From: Dehalococcoidia bacterium
GTDB taxonomy: Bacteria > Chloroflexota > Dehalococcoidia > UBA2979
Direction of reading: 5' to 3'
Length of the DNA stretch: 64,000 nt
Assembly (NCBI GenBank): GCA_965262725.1
Contig: OZ253555.1
Location: 3,296,001 to 3,360,000 of the forward strand
In this document: positions 48,800 to 59,927 of the stretch, piece after piece
Position numbering within the stretch: the stretch's first letter is position 1
How the letters are laid out: each line of letters begins with the position of its first letter
Notes under the pieces: generated by a model
Databases searched by the model: none
What the model saw: the letters and a program-made list of their open reading frames with translations, nothing else
Told to the model about the DNA's origin: nothing
Translations under genes and position numbers: made by a program

Positions 48800-49345
48800 C
48801 GGGGGGCGAGCGGTGGGGCGTCGCTCCGGGCGAGCAGCGGAACGAACTCGCCGTCGTCGGTCGCGTAGAGGGAACTCACCGCCGAACGGCGGGCGCAGCC
48901 AGGCGATCCTGAAGGTGAGGTTGTCGCTGCCGTTGTGGAAGGTCGGGAAGCTCTCGAAACGTGCCGTCAGCGGCTCAGGCCCGTTGACGGTGAGCTCCAG
49001 CCGGTTGGACAGCATCCTGTCGTCCCCGGTGTAGATGGGCCCCCCGCGCGTCGCACTCCTCAGTGGCGGTGACGTCGCCACTGGAGGCCGGCCTGACGCT
49101 GATCCCCCGCCGGGTGTTGCCCGGCGGGTACAGCTGCCGGGGCCCGACCACCAGTCCTCCGGTCACCGAGAACGCAATGTCCCGCAGCATCGCGTACCGA
49201 TGGTGGGAGCCCCGAGCGTCTCCTGGCCGCTGGCCCGATCCTCCACCACGAAGAGGCAGAGGGCGGCACAAGCCGCCAGCAGCAGCGCGGCCAGCCCGCT
49301 CCAGGGAGCACTGGACCGCCTACACCACCTGAGGCTCGATGCCAT
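48800..49345 (-). pseudogene. Collapsed remnant of a large secreted surface-protein gene
   Basis: Signal-peptide-like start (LAALLLAACAALCLFV...GAPTI), frameshifted beta-rich fragments (LRDIAFSVTGG, LSNRLELTVNGP) and GCARRSAVSSLYATDDGEFVPLLARSD, which resembles the C-terminal repeat of the 52672 ORF. Confidence 0.55.
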
Positions 49346-49591
49346 CTGCCCCCGGGGGAGCACTGTAGCGAACGGTTGTTGAATCTCCGCCCAATCTGGA
49401 GCGGTATTGGTACCACTTCTGTGCAATCACGCCGCCAGCTGTCTCCGAGCGAATACTGTGAATCGCCAAGGTCTATAGACCACGAAATCGCCAGATCGCC
49501 AGGGTCATTGATCCACCCCGTCAGGGACTCCTGCCCGCCCGGGTCGCCGGTACGGCCACCATCGCCTGCATCCCCAGCGGAGGGAGCAGCG

Positions 49592-51172
49592 ATGGCCTAC
49601 CGGGAGGTACACGGGGTGGAGATCCAGGAGATCATTCGACGCTGGCAGGCGGGGCTCAGCCAGCGCCGCATCGCCAGCGGCACGGGGCTATCGCGCGTGA
49701 CGGTGCGCCGCTACGTCGAGGCGGCCGAGGCGGCCGGCCTCACGCCGGGCGGTCCCGAGCCGAGTGAGGAGCAGCTCGCCGCGCTGGCGACGCTGAGCCT
49801 CTCCGGCCCGCGGCAGGTCGAGGCGCCGAGCGAGGAGCTGCTCTCGCCCTGGGCGGAGCAGATCGAGCGCTGGCTTGAGACCGACCGCCTGCAACTGACG
49901 CGCATCCAGGAGCTCCTCGCCGGACGAGGCTGCGAGGTCTCCTACACCACGCTGCGGCGTTTCATCCGGCGCCGCGGCTGGCGCCACCGGCTGCCGTCGA
50001 CCGTGCGCATGGACGACGGGCCGCCGGGCGAGGTGGCGGAGATGGACTTCGGCCGCCTCGGCTTCATCCGGGACCCCGAGAGCGGCCGCCGGCGCGCGGT
50101 GTGGGCGCTGGTCGTCGTCTGGCGCTACTCACGCCACTGCTTTGTGTGGCCCACCACCAGCCAGAAGCTGGACGCTGTGATCGAGGGCCTGGAGGAGGCC
50201 TGGGCCTTCTTCGGGGGCGTGCCGCGCTACCTCGTCATCGATAACTTCCCGGCCGCCGTCGCCGGGGCCGACGCGCTGCACCCGCGCTTCACGCGGGGCT
50301 TCCTCGAGTACGCCCGCCACCGCGGCTTCATCACCGACCCCGCGCGCGTGCGTCATCCCCGCGACAAGCCGCGCGTCGAGCGCAGCATCCCCTACGTGCG
50401 CGAGCGCCTCTTCAAGGGCGGCGACTTCCGGGACGTCGTCGACCTGCGCTCCGCCGCCCGCAGCTGGTGCCTCGAGGTGGCGGGGCAGCGCATCCACGGC
50501 ACGACACGCCGGCGCCCGCTCGAGGTCTTCCTGAAGGAGGAGCTCCCTCTGCTCGCTCCCTGGGACGGCGAGCCCTACGAGGTCCCCGACTGGCGGACGG
50601 CCACGGTCCACCCGGACCACCACATCGCCTGCCAGTACGCCCTGTACTCGGTGCCGTCCATGGCCTGCCCGCCCCGCCAGAAGGTCGAGGTGCAGCTCGG
50701 CTCGAAGCTGGTGCGCATCTACCACCGCGGTCAGCTCATCAAGGTGCACCCGCGCCAGCGCCGGGGCGGCCGGGCCACCGACCCGAACGACTACCCGGCC
50801 GAGCTCACCCCCTACACCAGGCGGGCGCCCGACTGGATACAGCGCCGCGCCGCCGAGCTGGGGGAGGCCGTGGGCGCCTACGCCGAGCGTCTCTTCGAGG
50901 GCTCCCTGCCCTGGGCGAAGCTGCGGCAGGGCCACAAGCTCCTCCGCCTCGCCGAGCGCTACTCCCCCGACCGCCTCGATGCCGCCTGCCGCCGCGCGCT
51001 CGAGGTCGACCTCATCGACGTGCGCCGCCTCGAGCGCATCCTCGTCGAGGCCCTCGACCAGGAGAGCACCCCAGACCAGCCCGAGCTGCCGCCGCCTCCG
51101 GGGCGCTTCGCCCGCTCGGGCTCCGTCTTCGCCCAGTCCCGCACGCAGACCCCGACAGGAGCACCACGATGA
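49592..51172 (+). CDS. istA: IS21 transposase
   Basis: N-terminal HTH, PGEVAEMDFG, VIDN, PRDKPRVER, RIHGTT. Confidence 0.93.
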   Translation: MAYREVHGVEIQEIIRRWQAGLSQRRIASGTGLSRVTVRRYVEAAEAAGLTPGGPEPSEEQLAALATLSLSGPRQVEAPSEELLSPWAEQIERWLETDRLQLTRIQELLAGRGCEVSYTTLRRFIRRRGWRHRLPSTVRMDDGPPGEVAEMDFGRLGFIRDPESGRRRAVWALVVVWRYSRHCFVWPTTSQKLDAVIEGLEEAWAFFGGVPRYLVIDNFPAAVAGADALHPRFTRGFLEYARHRGFITDPARVRHPRDKPRVERSIPYVRERLFKGGDFRDVVDLRSAARSWCLEVAGQRIHGTTRRRPLEVFLKEELPLLAPWDGEPYEVPDWRTATVHPDHHIACQYALYSVPSMACPPRQKVEVQLGSKLVRIYHRGQLIKVHPRQRRGGRATDPNDYPAELTPYTRRAPDWIQRRAAELGEAVGAYAERLFEGSLPWAKLRQGHKLLRLAERYSPDRLDAACRRALEVDLIDVRRLERILVEALDQESTPDQPELPPPPGRFARSGSVFAQSRTQTPTGAPR

Positions 51173-51942
51173 CCGCCACCACCTCAGACCTCCGCCCGCT
51201 GCTCAAGCGCCTCAAGCTCGGCCGTATGCTCGACACCCTGCCCGAGCGCATCGCCCTCGCGCGGCGCGACCACCTCGACTACGCGGACTTCCTGCAGATC
51301 CTGCTCGTCGACGAGGTGAGCCGCCGCGACCACGGGCGGTTGGAGCTGCGCCTGCGCCAGGCCGGCTTCGAGCAGCTCTGCCGCCTCGAGGACTTCGACT
51401 GGGCGGCCGCCATCCGGCTCGACCGCCGCCTGCTCGACGCCGCCTTCTCGCTGCACTTCCTCGATCGCCGCGAGCACGTCCTGCTCGTCGGCCCCGTCGG
51501 CGTCGGCAAGAGCTTCTTAGCCCAGGCGCTCGGCTACTCAGCCGTCCGCTCCGGACGCAGCGTCCGCTTCGCCCCGGCCGACCACTACTTCCGCGAGATG
51601 GCGCAGGCCCGCGTCGACCACTCGGCCGAGAAGGTCTTCCGAAGCTTCCTCGCGCCCGACCTGCTCATCCTCGACGACCTCGGGCTCCATCGCCTCAGCG
51701 CGCAGCAGTCCATCGACCTCTACGAGCTGGTCATCGGGCGCCACCGCAGCTCCAGCTTCGTCATCACCTCGAACCGCGCCGTGGAGGAATGGCTGGGGCT
51801 CTTCGACGACCCGATCCTCGGCAACAGCGCCCTCGACCGGCTCGCGAACGCCAGCTACCAGATCGTGATCGAGGGCGATAGCTACCGCCAGCGGCTCTCG
51901 CCGCACCGCGCCCTGCTCGAGGCGCAGACGGGAGGTGATTGA
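51169..51942 (+). CDS. istB: IS21 helper AAA+ ATPase
   Basis: GPVGVGKS Walker A, LLILDDLG Walker B, ITSNR, ALDRL; ATGA overlap with istA. Confidence 0.94.
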   Translation: MTATTSDLRPLLKRLKLGRMLDTLPERIALARRDHLDYADFLQILLVDEVSRRDHGRLELRLRQAGFEQLCRLEDFDWAAAIRLDRRLLDAAFSLHFLDRREHVLLVGPVGVGKSFLAQALGYSAVRSGRSVRFAPADHYFREMAQARVDHSAEKVFRSFLAPDLLILDDLGLHRLSAQQSIDLYELVIGRHRSSSFVITSNRAVEEWLGLFDDPILGNSALDRLANASYQIVIEGDSYRQRLSPHRALLEAQTGGD

Positions 51943-52264
51943 CGCGCTAGACGCTCACTGATATCAAGCCGCCTACCGGCGTCCCGGGTGGTCTAATGAC
52001 CGTGGCGACGCGTGGATCAATGACCCTGGCGATCGACAAATACACACCACCGTACTCCGCAGCTTGTCGTGCCATCGACCGGTGCCCCGTGCAATGGCCT
52101 GAGCCGCAGCCGTCGAGCAGCGGCTCGAACGAGCTGGACCAGGCTCGCAGCGAGACGGCGCCCGGGCAGCAGGAACAGGCCGCTTCGCCCCGCGGGGCCG
52201 GCCGCGGCAAGCAGCGCAGCAAGCACCCCAGCCGGCCCGCCGCAGGCGCTCCGGCGGACGACCG

Positions 52265-52410
52265 GTGAACCCCGAGCGGGACCTGCTGCGCCTGCTCGCC
52301 GCGATGCCCTTCCTCGACCGCCTGGAGATGGCCGCCGTCTCCGGCTGGTCGAGGGGCGCGATCTACGGCGGCGTGCGCGCGCTGGAGGGGGCGGGCCTGG
52401 GCTCCCACAG
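52265..52410 (+). pseudogene. N-terminal winged-HTH-like fragment (possibly a replication-relaxation-family remnant)
   Basis: LLRLLAAMPFLDRLEMAAVSGWSRGAIYGGVRALEGAGL, then degenerates into low-complexity sequence. Family assignment from memory only. Confidence 0.3.
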
Positions 52411-52671
52411 GTCCCCATCGCCGCCTGCTGGACCTGGAGGGACCGCTGGGCAGGGCATGGCTCGCCCCGCGCCGGTCGGCCCCGCTGCCAGTGCGCCTGC
52501 CGGCCAGCCACTGACATCGCGCGGGCGCGCCCCGGTCGATTCGGAACGTCGATCCCGCCTTCGGGGGAATCGTGCCCCGTCGGCTGCCGCGGGGAGGGGA
52601 GGGCGAGCGGCGGGCTGATCAGGACCGCGTCCCGGTAGGTGCAGAGTCCCATTGCCCGGCGGAGACCGGCC

Positions 52672-55407
52672 TCAGCGACCGCCGGGCTGTCCCTCGCTCC
52701 TGGCAACCAGTGGCGTCATGAATGGCAGGCCGTCGGCGAACACGTCGCCGAAGGGCTGGTTCACGAAGGCCGGCGCGCCGAGGATGTAGGAGAGGTAGAC
52801 GCCCTCATGCAGCGCGTACAGGGCGGTGATCTCCATGCTGCGCGCGCAGGCCTCCAGCTCATCGACGCTGCCCCCCTCGTAGACGACGAGGCTCAACCCC
52901 TCGGAGACGGCGCCCCGCACGCACTCCGGCCACGGCTGCTGCCCATCGCCCTCAAGGTCATCCCCGAACGGGTCCGCCGAGGGCGGCCCGTTGCTCCGGA
53001 CCACCAGCGCCGTGACCGGCGGTACGCCACCCCCGAAGGTCTCGACGAAGCCCCGGTTCACGAACCCCGGCGCCCCGAGGATGTAGGAGAGGTAGACGCC
53101 CTCATGCAGCGCATAGAGGGCCACGATGCCCCGGCTCTCCGCGCAGCTGACCAGCTCCTCGACGCTGCCTCCCGCGAAGACGACGAGGCTCAACCCCTCG
53201 GAGACCGCGCCCCGCAGGCAGTGCGGCCAGGGATCGCGGGCCGGATCCCATCCTGTGTCGGGGAACCGCACGCGGTAGACCTTCATACGGCTGCCGTCCT
53301 GCGAGGTGACGGTGACCGTGATCTCGCCGAGGTCCTGGAGGGCTACCTGGTGGCCGTTCGCGTCGTCGCCGTCGGCATCGGGCGGGTCGATGGCGACATC
53401 CGTGCGGCGCTGCATCGCCTCGGCCTCAACGGCCGTCTCCACCACACCCTCGCCAACAGTGCCCTCGTACTCCGTCCGGCCGGGGTCGAACTCCCCGATG
53501 TCCACGCCGCTGAGCGTGAGCGAGGCAAGCCGGGCGTCGATGGCGTCGGGCATGTTGTAGCTGTAGACGCGGTCATCGCTCTCGTCGGCGACGTACATCA
53601 CGTCGCCGTCGGACCAGAGGCCGCGGGGGCTGTTGTTGCTGGCACGGCTCAGCACCGTGTTGGGGAACTCCTCGTCGCGGACGCGCTCGAGGTCCTGCGG
53701 TTCCGCGTCTTCTGCCGCGGGCCCCTCGGGCGCGGGCAGACGGTAGGCGAAGAGCCGCTTCCCCCCGTGGTCGGAGACCCACACGGTCGTGCCGTCGGAC
53801 CAGATGCCGTGGGGGTCGCCGTTGGCGTCGTCGAGCTCGTACTCGGCGAGCAGGTCGCCGCTGGCGATGTCGTAGGCGAAGAGGGCGTCGTTGCGGTCGT
53901 CCAGCACCCACATCGTCTCGCCGTCGGACCAGATGCCGCGCGCATCGCGGTTGCGTTCGGCGAGTGCGATGTCGCGCTCGGGGAGGCGCTCGCCGCTCTC
54001 GAGGTTGTGGGCGAACAGCTTCTCTTGGCCACTGTCGAAGACCCAGATGACCGTGCGGTCCGACCAGACGCCGCGTGGTGCGCGGTTGCGCTCATCGAGC
54101 ACGAACTCGCGGTCCTCCACGCGTTCGCCGGTGGCGAGGTCGTAGGCGTAGACGGCGTCGTCGGCGCCGTCGGCGTTCTCGGCGATCCAGAGGGTCTCGC
54201 CGTCGGACCAGAGACCCGTGGGGGAGCCGTTGGCCGAGTCGAGGGCGTCGATGTCGCGCTTCACGTTCCACTCGAAGTCGACCTCGCTCGGGGTGGGGCC
54301 GCTGGGACCGCTGGGACCGCCGCCGGTACCGCGATTGGTGGTCAGAGTCAGTCGCTCTACGACCTGAATCGTGATGGTGGCCCGGGCGAAGTCGCCGTCC
54401 GGATCTTGTACTCTGACCACCAGCGAATAAATCTCCTGAACGGTGTCATCCATGACGGCGCCGGGCGCCACGCTGATTTGTGCCGTCTCTCGTTTGATGA
54501 CAAAGTCAGCAGACCCGCTCAGCGTGTATACGAGTTCGCCCTCCTGATGATCGGGGTCGTTTGCATGCAGTTCCTGGCCCACCAGCGTCCCACCGCGGGA
54601 ACCCTGCTGCACCTCAAGTTCGATGGTGGGTTCGGCGAAGCTTGGCGGGTCGTTGATCTCGCGCACTTCAACGGTCACCCACTCTATCGATTCCATCTTT
54701 CCATCTGACACCCGGTACTGGAAGGTCATCCTGCCCGAGGCGTGAGGATTCGGCGTCACACGCAGCTTGTTGTCGCTCAGCACCTGCACCGTGCCATTTT
54801 CCGGATATCGGTGGATCGAGACCCGCAGAGGATCCCCTTCGGGATCGGAATCGTTCGCCAGCACATCGATTTCGACCGGAACGTCCTCGTCCGTCGTAGC
54901 CTCGTCGGGTTCCGTCGCCGGTTGCTCGTCCACATCTGTTATGCGGACCGTGACAGTAATCGTATCCTTCAGGATCGCCGGGTCGGTGGCCTCAACCATG
55001 AGCAGGTACTCGTTTGTCGTCTCATGGTCCAGATTCGCGGCTCTTCCTACCAGGATCTGCCCCGTTTCCGAATCAATCTCGAATCGGTCATTGAACGTTG
55101 ACACGAGGCTGTAGACCAGGTCATCGCGATTCGGGTCCGTTGCCTCCACCTCGGCGCCGACCACAGTCTCATGACTGGAGTTCTCGGCCACGAACCGGAG
55201 CGTGAGCCCATCGTCTGTGAATCGCGGCGGGTCGTTATCCTGAGCCGTACGTTTCACGACTCGTCGAGAGACAGACTCTTTGACCTTGCCAGCGCCGTGC
55301 GTATCCTCATAGGTTGTGGTAGCACGCAGATAGTGGTTGATATCTGCAACCCCTGGTGTATATGTACTGCTCGTTGCGCCGTCAATCACATTCCAGTCGT
55401 CCCGGTT
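52672..55407 (-). pseudogene. Giant surface protein, C-terminal part: cadherin/Ig-like domains, GxWSDG propeller repeats, tandem C-terminal repeat
   Basis: VAENS...ATDP...LDHE, DVLANDSDPEGD, repeated PRG(L/I/V)WSDG. In frame with the upstream part across a single TAG at 55410-55408. Confidence 0.78.
52690..53240 (-). repeat. Tandem duplication with 297-bp period encoding a Cys-containing C-terminal module
   Basis: 38-bp identical stretch at 52778-52815 and 53075-53112; protein consensus WPxCxRGAVSEGLSLVVxxGGSVxELxxCAxSxxIxALYALHEGVYLSYILGAPxFVN. Confidence 0.85.
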
Positions 55408-58400
55408 CTAGGAACGGTGCCAACTCCAACTCCGGCTGATGATCCGATCAGGGTCGTCGTGCGTCGCCGTGTAGGGAATCGAGATCAGCGGCTGAGGTGA
55501 CGACAGCGTCAAGTCCGCTTCTTCATTGATGTCCGCAACAGTGATTCTGATGAACTTGATCGCGGGCGGATTGCCCGAGCCCGCCCACACCTGGAATTTC
55601 GTTTCGTATATATTGTCACCATTGGTGTCGCCCCTGATCTCCTGTTCAAAGCTGGGAGCGCCAATCTGCCAATACAGCCACCACTCCTGCCACCACTCCC
55701 GCCCAATCCTCCTCCAGGTGGACGACCTCTTCAAGGTGAACGAGTTTCCATCCACACCCCCAGTCACCGAAAATCGCGGATTCCGTTCCCCTTGCGGATC
55801 GACGGCATAGTACTTCGTGACTAGTATCGGACCGTCCTCATCGACAGTCAGTTCGGATGGTCCGTGAATGATTGGCAGTTCCTCAACATTTCTCACAGTC
55901 ACGCGTACTGCCAACGATGCCGACAGACTGCGACCGTATGAGCCGTCATCGGAAGCGATCACGTTGACATCATATATATTGTCTCGGCCTGAGTCGGTGG
56001 ACACCTCAAAGTTTCGCTCTGAGGCGAAACTCAGCCACCCGTGTTCGTCTATCTCGAACGCGCTCTTGTCGTAACTCGAGAGCGACCACGTCATCGGACT
56101 CTGCTCGATGTCGACTGCCTCATACTGACCGATCAGCAGGCTTCCGTGTTCATCGACCACGTATGATTCGCGGCCTGTTACCAGGTGTGGGTCGTTCGCA
56201 TCAACCACTGAGACTGCCACCTCAATCTGCGCGTCGAGCGTAGTGTCGAGTTCGTCGCTGTGGTTCTTGTTGTCGCGCACATACACCGTCAGCGAATAAC
56301 TGCCCTGTACTTCATGGTCGAGCGGTGCAGTAGTCTGGATCTGACCAGTGGTAGGATTAATCTCGAACTGGGAACTGTTTGTCTCCGCCAGCGAAAACTC
56401 CAAGACATCACCATCTGGGTCGACAGCGACGATTGGTTCGCCGACGGCAGTTCCACTCAGGGCGTTCTCCACTACTTCACGCAGGCCGGTTTCCGTGGGT
56501 GCGAATGCTGCATCAACATTCAGCAGTCTGGGCTCAGCGGCGACTACCGCAGACCACGGGCCTTCTCCAACTGACGTGTGCGCCTGCAATTGCACGTCGT
56601 AGGACGTACCGTTGAGCAGAGATGGAATGTTGTAGCGAAGCTCTCTGCCGCCGGTATTCCAGGCCGCAGCAACCGGGGTCCAGTTGTCGTCGGCCTTGTC
56701 CATCGCATCAGTGCGGATGTAGCGCAGACCGTAGCGGGAGACATCGGCGCCGCCGTCCTCAGCCGGCGGCTGCCAGAACACGCCGAGCCCGAGGTGTCGC
56801 GGACGTAGTTCGACGTTCGTCGGCGCCCAAGGCAGTTCCAGGATGGGATGGGCCTCGTACGTCAACGACCAGGGACCGGCGCCGCTGCTGGTAACCGCCC
56901 GGACCTGCACGTCGTAGCCCGCGCCGGGACCGAGGTTGGTCATCTGATATGTGTCGGAGTCCGAGGCTCCGACTCCGGTGACCGGGGTCCAGTTATCGTC
57001 CGACTTGTCCGCGGCTCGGCTGCGGATGTAGCGCAGGTCGTAACTCGTGACCGCACCGCTGCCGGTCTCCTCCGGCGCCGCCCAACCGATCGTCAGCGTC
57101 CTCATGCCCGCGACGGCGGACGTCACGCTCGGGCGTCCCGGCAGATCGCCATGACCGTAGATTTTGAGCCGCCAGGCGACCAGGTCACCGGAACGCTCGT
57201 GGTAACGGTCAGCCAGGCGCAACGTCCACTCACCCGCCGGGTTCTCCCCCAGGTGGCGAGCCGAGCCGAAGCGCACGCTCGAGCGCAGCGCGTGAGGGTA
57301 GAACCGGGTGTTGATCCGGGTCGAGTGCGCCGCCGGAAGGATGGTCGATACCGCGCCGGAGGGGGAGATCAGTTCGATCCGCATATCCCGAAACGAGGGA
57401 TGATCAAACTCGATATGGAGCTCGACAAACTCGACAAACTCGACGTATGGATCAATCGTTACCTTGCTCGTCACCGTCGGACCAAAACAACAACCCGACG
57501 GAGCGTCGGGGACGACCTGCCGTGCGTCCTGGGACGATGCTTCGAAGGTCTTCATCGGCGGCAGCTTGGTCCATGTGGTCGCCAGCGCCACTGCGGCGCC
57601 GGCATCGACGACGCCGAAACCGTAGTCATGGCTGAAGCGGTAGTTCCCTGTGGCGCCATACTTGGCCGGGCCGGATTTCCAGCTGTTGCTCGATTGATGG
57701 TTCCAGCGCGCCGACGCTGCGAGGATCAACTTGACATCCCTCCAGGTCAGATCCTCATTGGTGGCCCGAATCAGCGCCGCCACGCCGGAGACGATCGCAG
57801 TGGCGTGACCCGAACCTCCTTGCCCGAACACATAACGATTCCCATAGTCGGTTGTGACGATATGTTGCGCCGGCGCGCATAGCCACAGCGTGGCGCCACG
57901 GTTGCCGAAATTCAATCGCTTGTCGTTGTAACCGACTCCGCAGACGGCTGTCGCTGCATAGGAATTGCTTCGCTCGTTCAAGTTCGCGTCGTCGGCATAG
58001 CCGAGATGCGAGCCGCCATTGAACACGTAGAAGATGCCCTTCTCGCCGAAGCCCTCGGTGACACCGCGTTCGAGCGCAGCCTCCCAATCGGCGCTCGCTC
58101 GCCGAATGTTGTCGGTTTCGTGTCCGCCCCAGCTATTGTTCGAGACAGCCACGACATCGAGGTTGCGGAGCATGGCTGCTACGAGCTCCGACTCGGAATT
58201 GTCGGAATCGCGATCATGGATGCCACCGGTTAACAGGATGTTTGCTTCAGGCGCAACCCCGCGAATGCCGATATCGTTCTGCTCGGCAGCGATCACTCCT
58301 GCATAACCGGTCGCTACTGATCCAAAATGGAGCACTCTATTATCTTTCAAGGAATCGAGCTTGTAGCTCCGCACGAGATCAACGTTGTCATCCAGGTCAC

Positions 58401-58509
58401 GGTGAGCGGCATGGAAGTTGTGGTCGGCCACCGCAATATTGATGCCTGCGCCTCTCGTCGTCTCCCAGACGCTTGCAACATTAATGTCGTATCCGGGACC
58501 GGCGCCGTA
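55408..58509 (-). pseudogene. Giant surface protein, middle part: kexin-like S8 domain, P-domain, 2 FN3, cadherin-like domains
   Basis: DINVASVW, GVAPEA, NNSWG, VSGVAAL, LTWRDVKLIL, YGFGVVDA, ELISPSG, GENPAGEWTL, YDVQVRA. Confidence 0.82.
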
Positions 58510-59927
58510 AGTAGCGTCCCAGCAAGTGGTGTCACAGGCGGGGAGACGGTCTCCGCAGGGGGACCTACTACCGACCACGGTGCCCATGCAGGTGGACGTA
58601 AGAGACCACCGCATCATCCTTCACGAAGTTATGACGAACGTGGAGGAGGACGACGGTGGTCAGAGAGAGCGTGGACGTGTTGGAACTGCTCCGCAAGCAG
58701 GCATCGGGAGCTGACCTCGATTTCCTGCGCGAAGCGGTGGCTGTGCTCGCCGAGGCGGTCATGGACCAGGAGGTCTCGGCGCAGGTCGGCGCCGGCTACG
58801 GCGAGCGCAGCGAGATGCGCACCACCCGGCGCAACGGCTACAGGCAAAGACGCTGGGACACGCGGGTGGGCAGCATCGACCTGCAGATCCCGAAGCTCCG
58901 CCAGGGGTCCTACTTCCCGGCGCTGCTCGAGCCCCGGCGCCGCTCAGAGCGCGCCTTGCTAGCCGTCGTCCAGCAAGCGTACGTGGAGGGCGTCTCCACT
59001 CGCCGCGTCGACGACCTCGTGCGCTCGCTCGGCTGCGAGGGCATCTCCAAGAGCCAGGTCTCGCGTATCTGCTCGGAGCTCGACACGGTCGTCACAAGTT
59101 TCCTCGGCCGGCCCCTGGACTCCGGCCCCTACCGATACCTCTGGCTCGACGCGCTCACCCAGCGGGTGCGCGAGGAGGGCCGCATCGCCCAGGTGAGCGT
59201 CGTCGTCGCCACCGCGGTCAACGTGGAGGGGAAGCGCGAGGTGCTGGGCATCGACGTCGGTACCAGCGAGGACGGGGCCTTCTGGCTGGCATTTCTCCGC
59301 GGCCTCGTAGCACGAGGGCTCTCCGGCGTGGAGCTGGTGACCTCCGACGCCCACCAGGGCCTGAGGGGAGCGATCGCGACCGTCTTCGGCGGCGCCTCCT
59401 GGCAGCGCTGCCGTACCCACTTCATGCGGAACCTGCTCACACGCGTGCCGAAGAGCGCCGAGGCGCTGGTGGCGACGACCGTGCGCACCATCTACCAGCA
59501 GCCCTCGGCCTCCGAGGTGCACGCCCAGCACACGCGGGTCGTGGAGCAGCTCGGTGCGCGCTTCCCGCAGGCCGCGGCAATGCTCGCCGACGCCGCGGAG
59601 GAGATCCTGGCGTTCACGGCCTTCCCGGTGGCGCACTGGCGGCAGATCTGGTCGAACAACCCCCAGGAGCGGCTCAACAAGGAGATCCGCCGGCGCACCA
59701 ACGTGGTCGGCATCTTCCCCAACCGCTCAGCGGTCATCCGGCTCATCGGTGCGGTGCTCTCCGAGCAGCACGACGAGTGGGCCGTGGGGCGGCGCTACAT
59801 GACGATGATGACGCTGCTCTCCCCGCCGGGGAGTGAGCTCACGTCAGGCAAGGAGGTGCTGCTGCAGGCTGCCGGCTAACAAATGATAAGGATGATGCGC
59901 AGTGACACCACTTGCCGGGACGTGACC
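58510..59927 (+). mobile_element. IS256-family element
   Basis: 8-bp duplication GCGCCGTA at 58502-58509 and 59928-59935; terminal inverted repeats sharing CGTCCC-GCAAGTGGTGTCA. Confidence 0.94.
58656..59879 (+). CDS. IS256-family transposase
   Basis: RNGYR, IPKLRQGSYFP, YLWLDA, VTSDAH, WQRCRTH, SNNPQERLNKEIRRR. Confidence 0.95.
   Translation: MVRESVDVLELLRKQASGADLDFLREAVAVLAEAVMDQEVSAQVGAGYGERSEMRTTRRNGYRQRRWDTRVGSIDLQIPKLRQGSYFPALLEPRRRSERALLAVVQQAYVEGVSTRRVDDLVRSLGCEGISKSQVSRICSELDTVVTSFLGRPLDSGPYRYLWLDALTQRVREEGRIAQVSVVVATAVNVEGKREVLGIDVGTSEDGAFWLAFLRGLVARGLSGVELVTSDAHQGLRGAIATVFGGASWQRCRTHFMRNLLTRVPKSAEALVATTVRTIYQQPSASEVHAQHTRVVEQLGARFPQAAAMLADAAEEILAFTAFPVAHWRQIWSNNPQERLNKEIRRRTNVVGIFPNRSAVIRLIGAVLSEQHDEWAVGRRYMTMMTLLSPPGSELTSGKEVLLQAAG

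Larger units (their letters stand above)
49457..52038 (+). mobile_element. IS21-family element
   Basis: TG...CA ends with inverted repeats (TGTGAATCGCCAAGGTC; reverse complement of right end TGTCGATCGCCAGGGTC), internal end repeats, and 5-bp duplication AATAC at 49452-49456 and 52039-52043. Confidence 0.93.

Noticed and set aside
52690-53240. C-terminal tandem repeat as a DGR template/variable repeat pair
   Set aside because: Both units are in-frame coding parts of one ORF, I saw no adenine-specific pattern in the differences, and there is no DGR-type RT.
55408-55410. TAG as pyrrolysine or programmed readthrough
   Set aside because: It lies in a variable loop position, no pyl genes are in view, and the gene is already disrupted by IS256; a nonsense mutation or base error is more likely.
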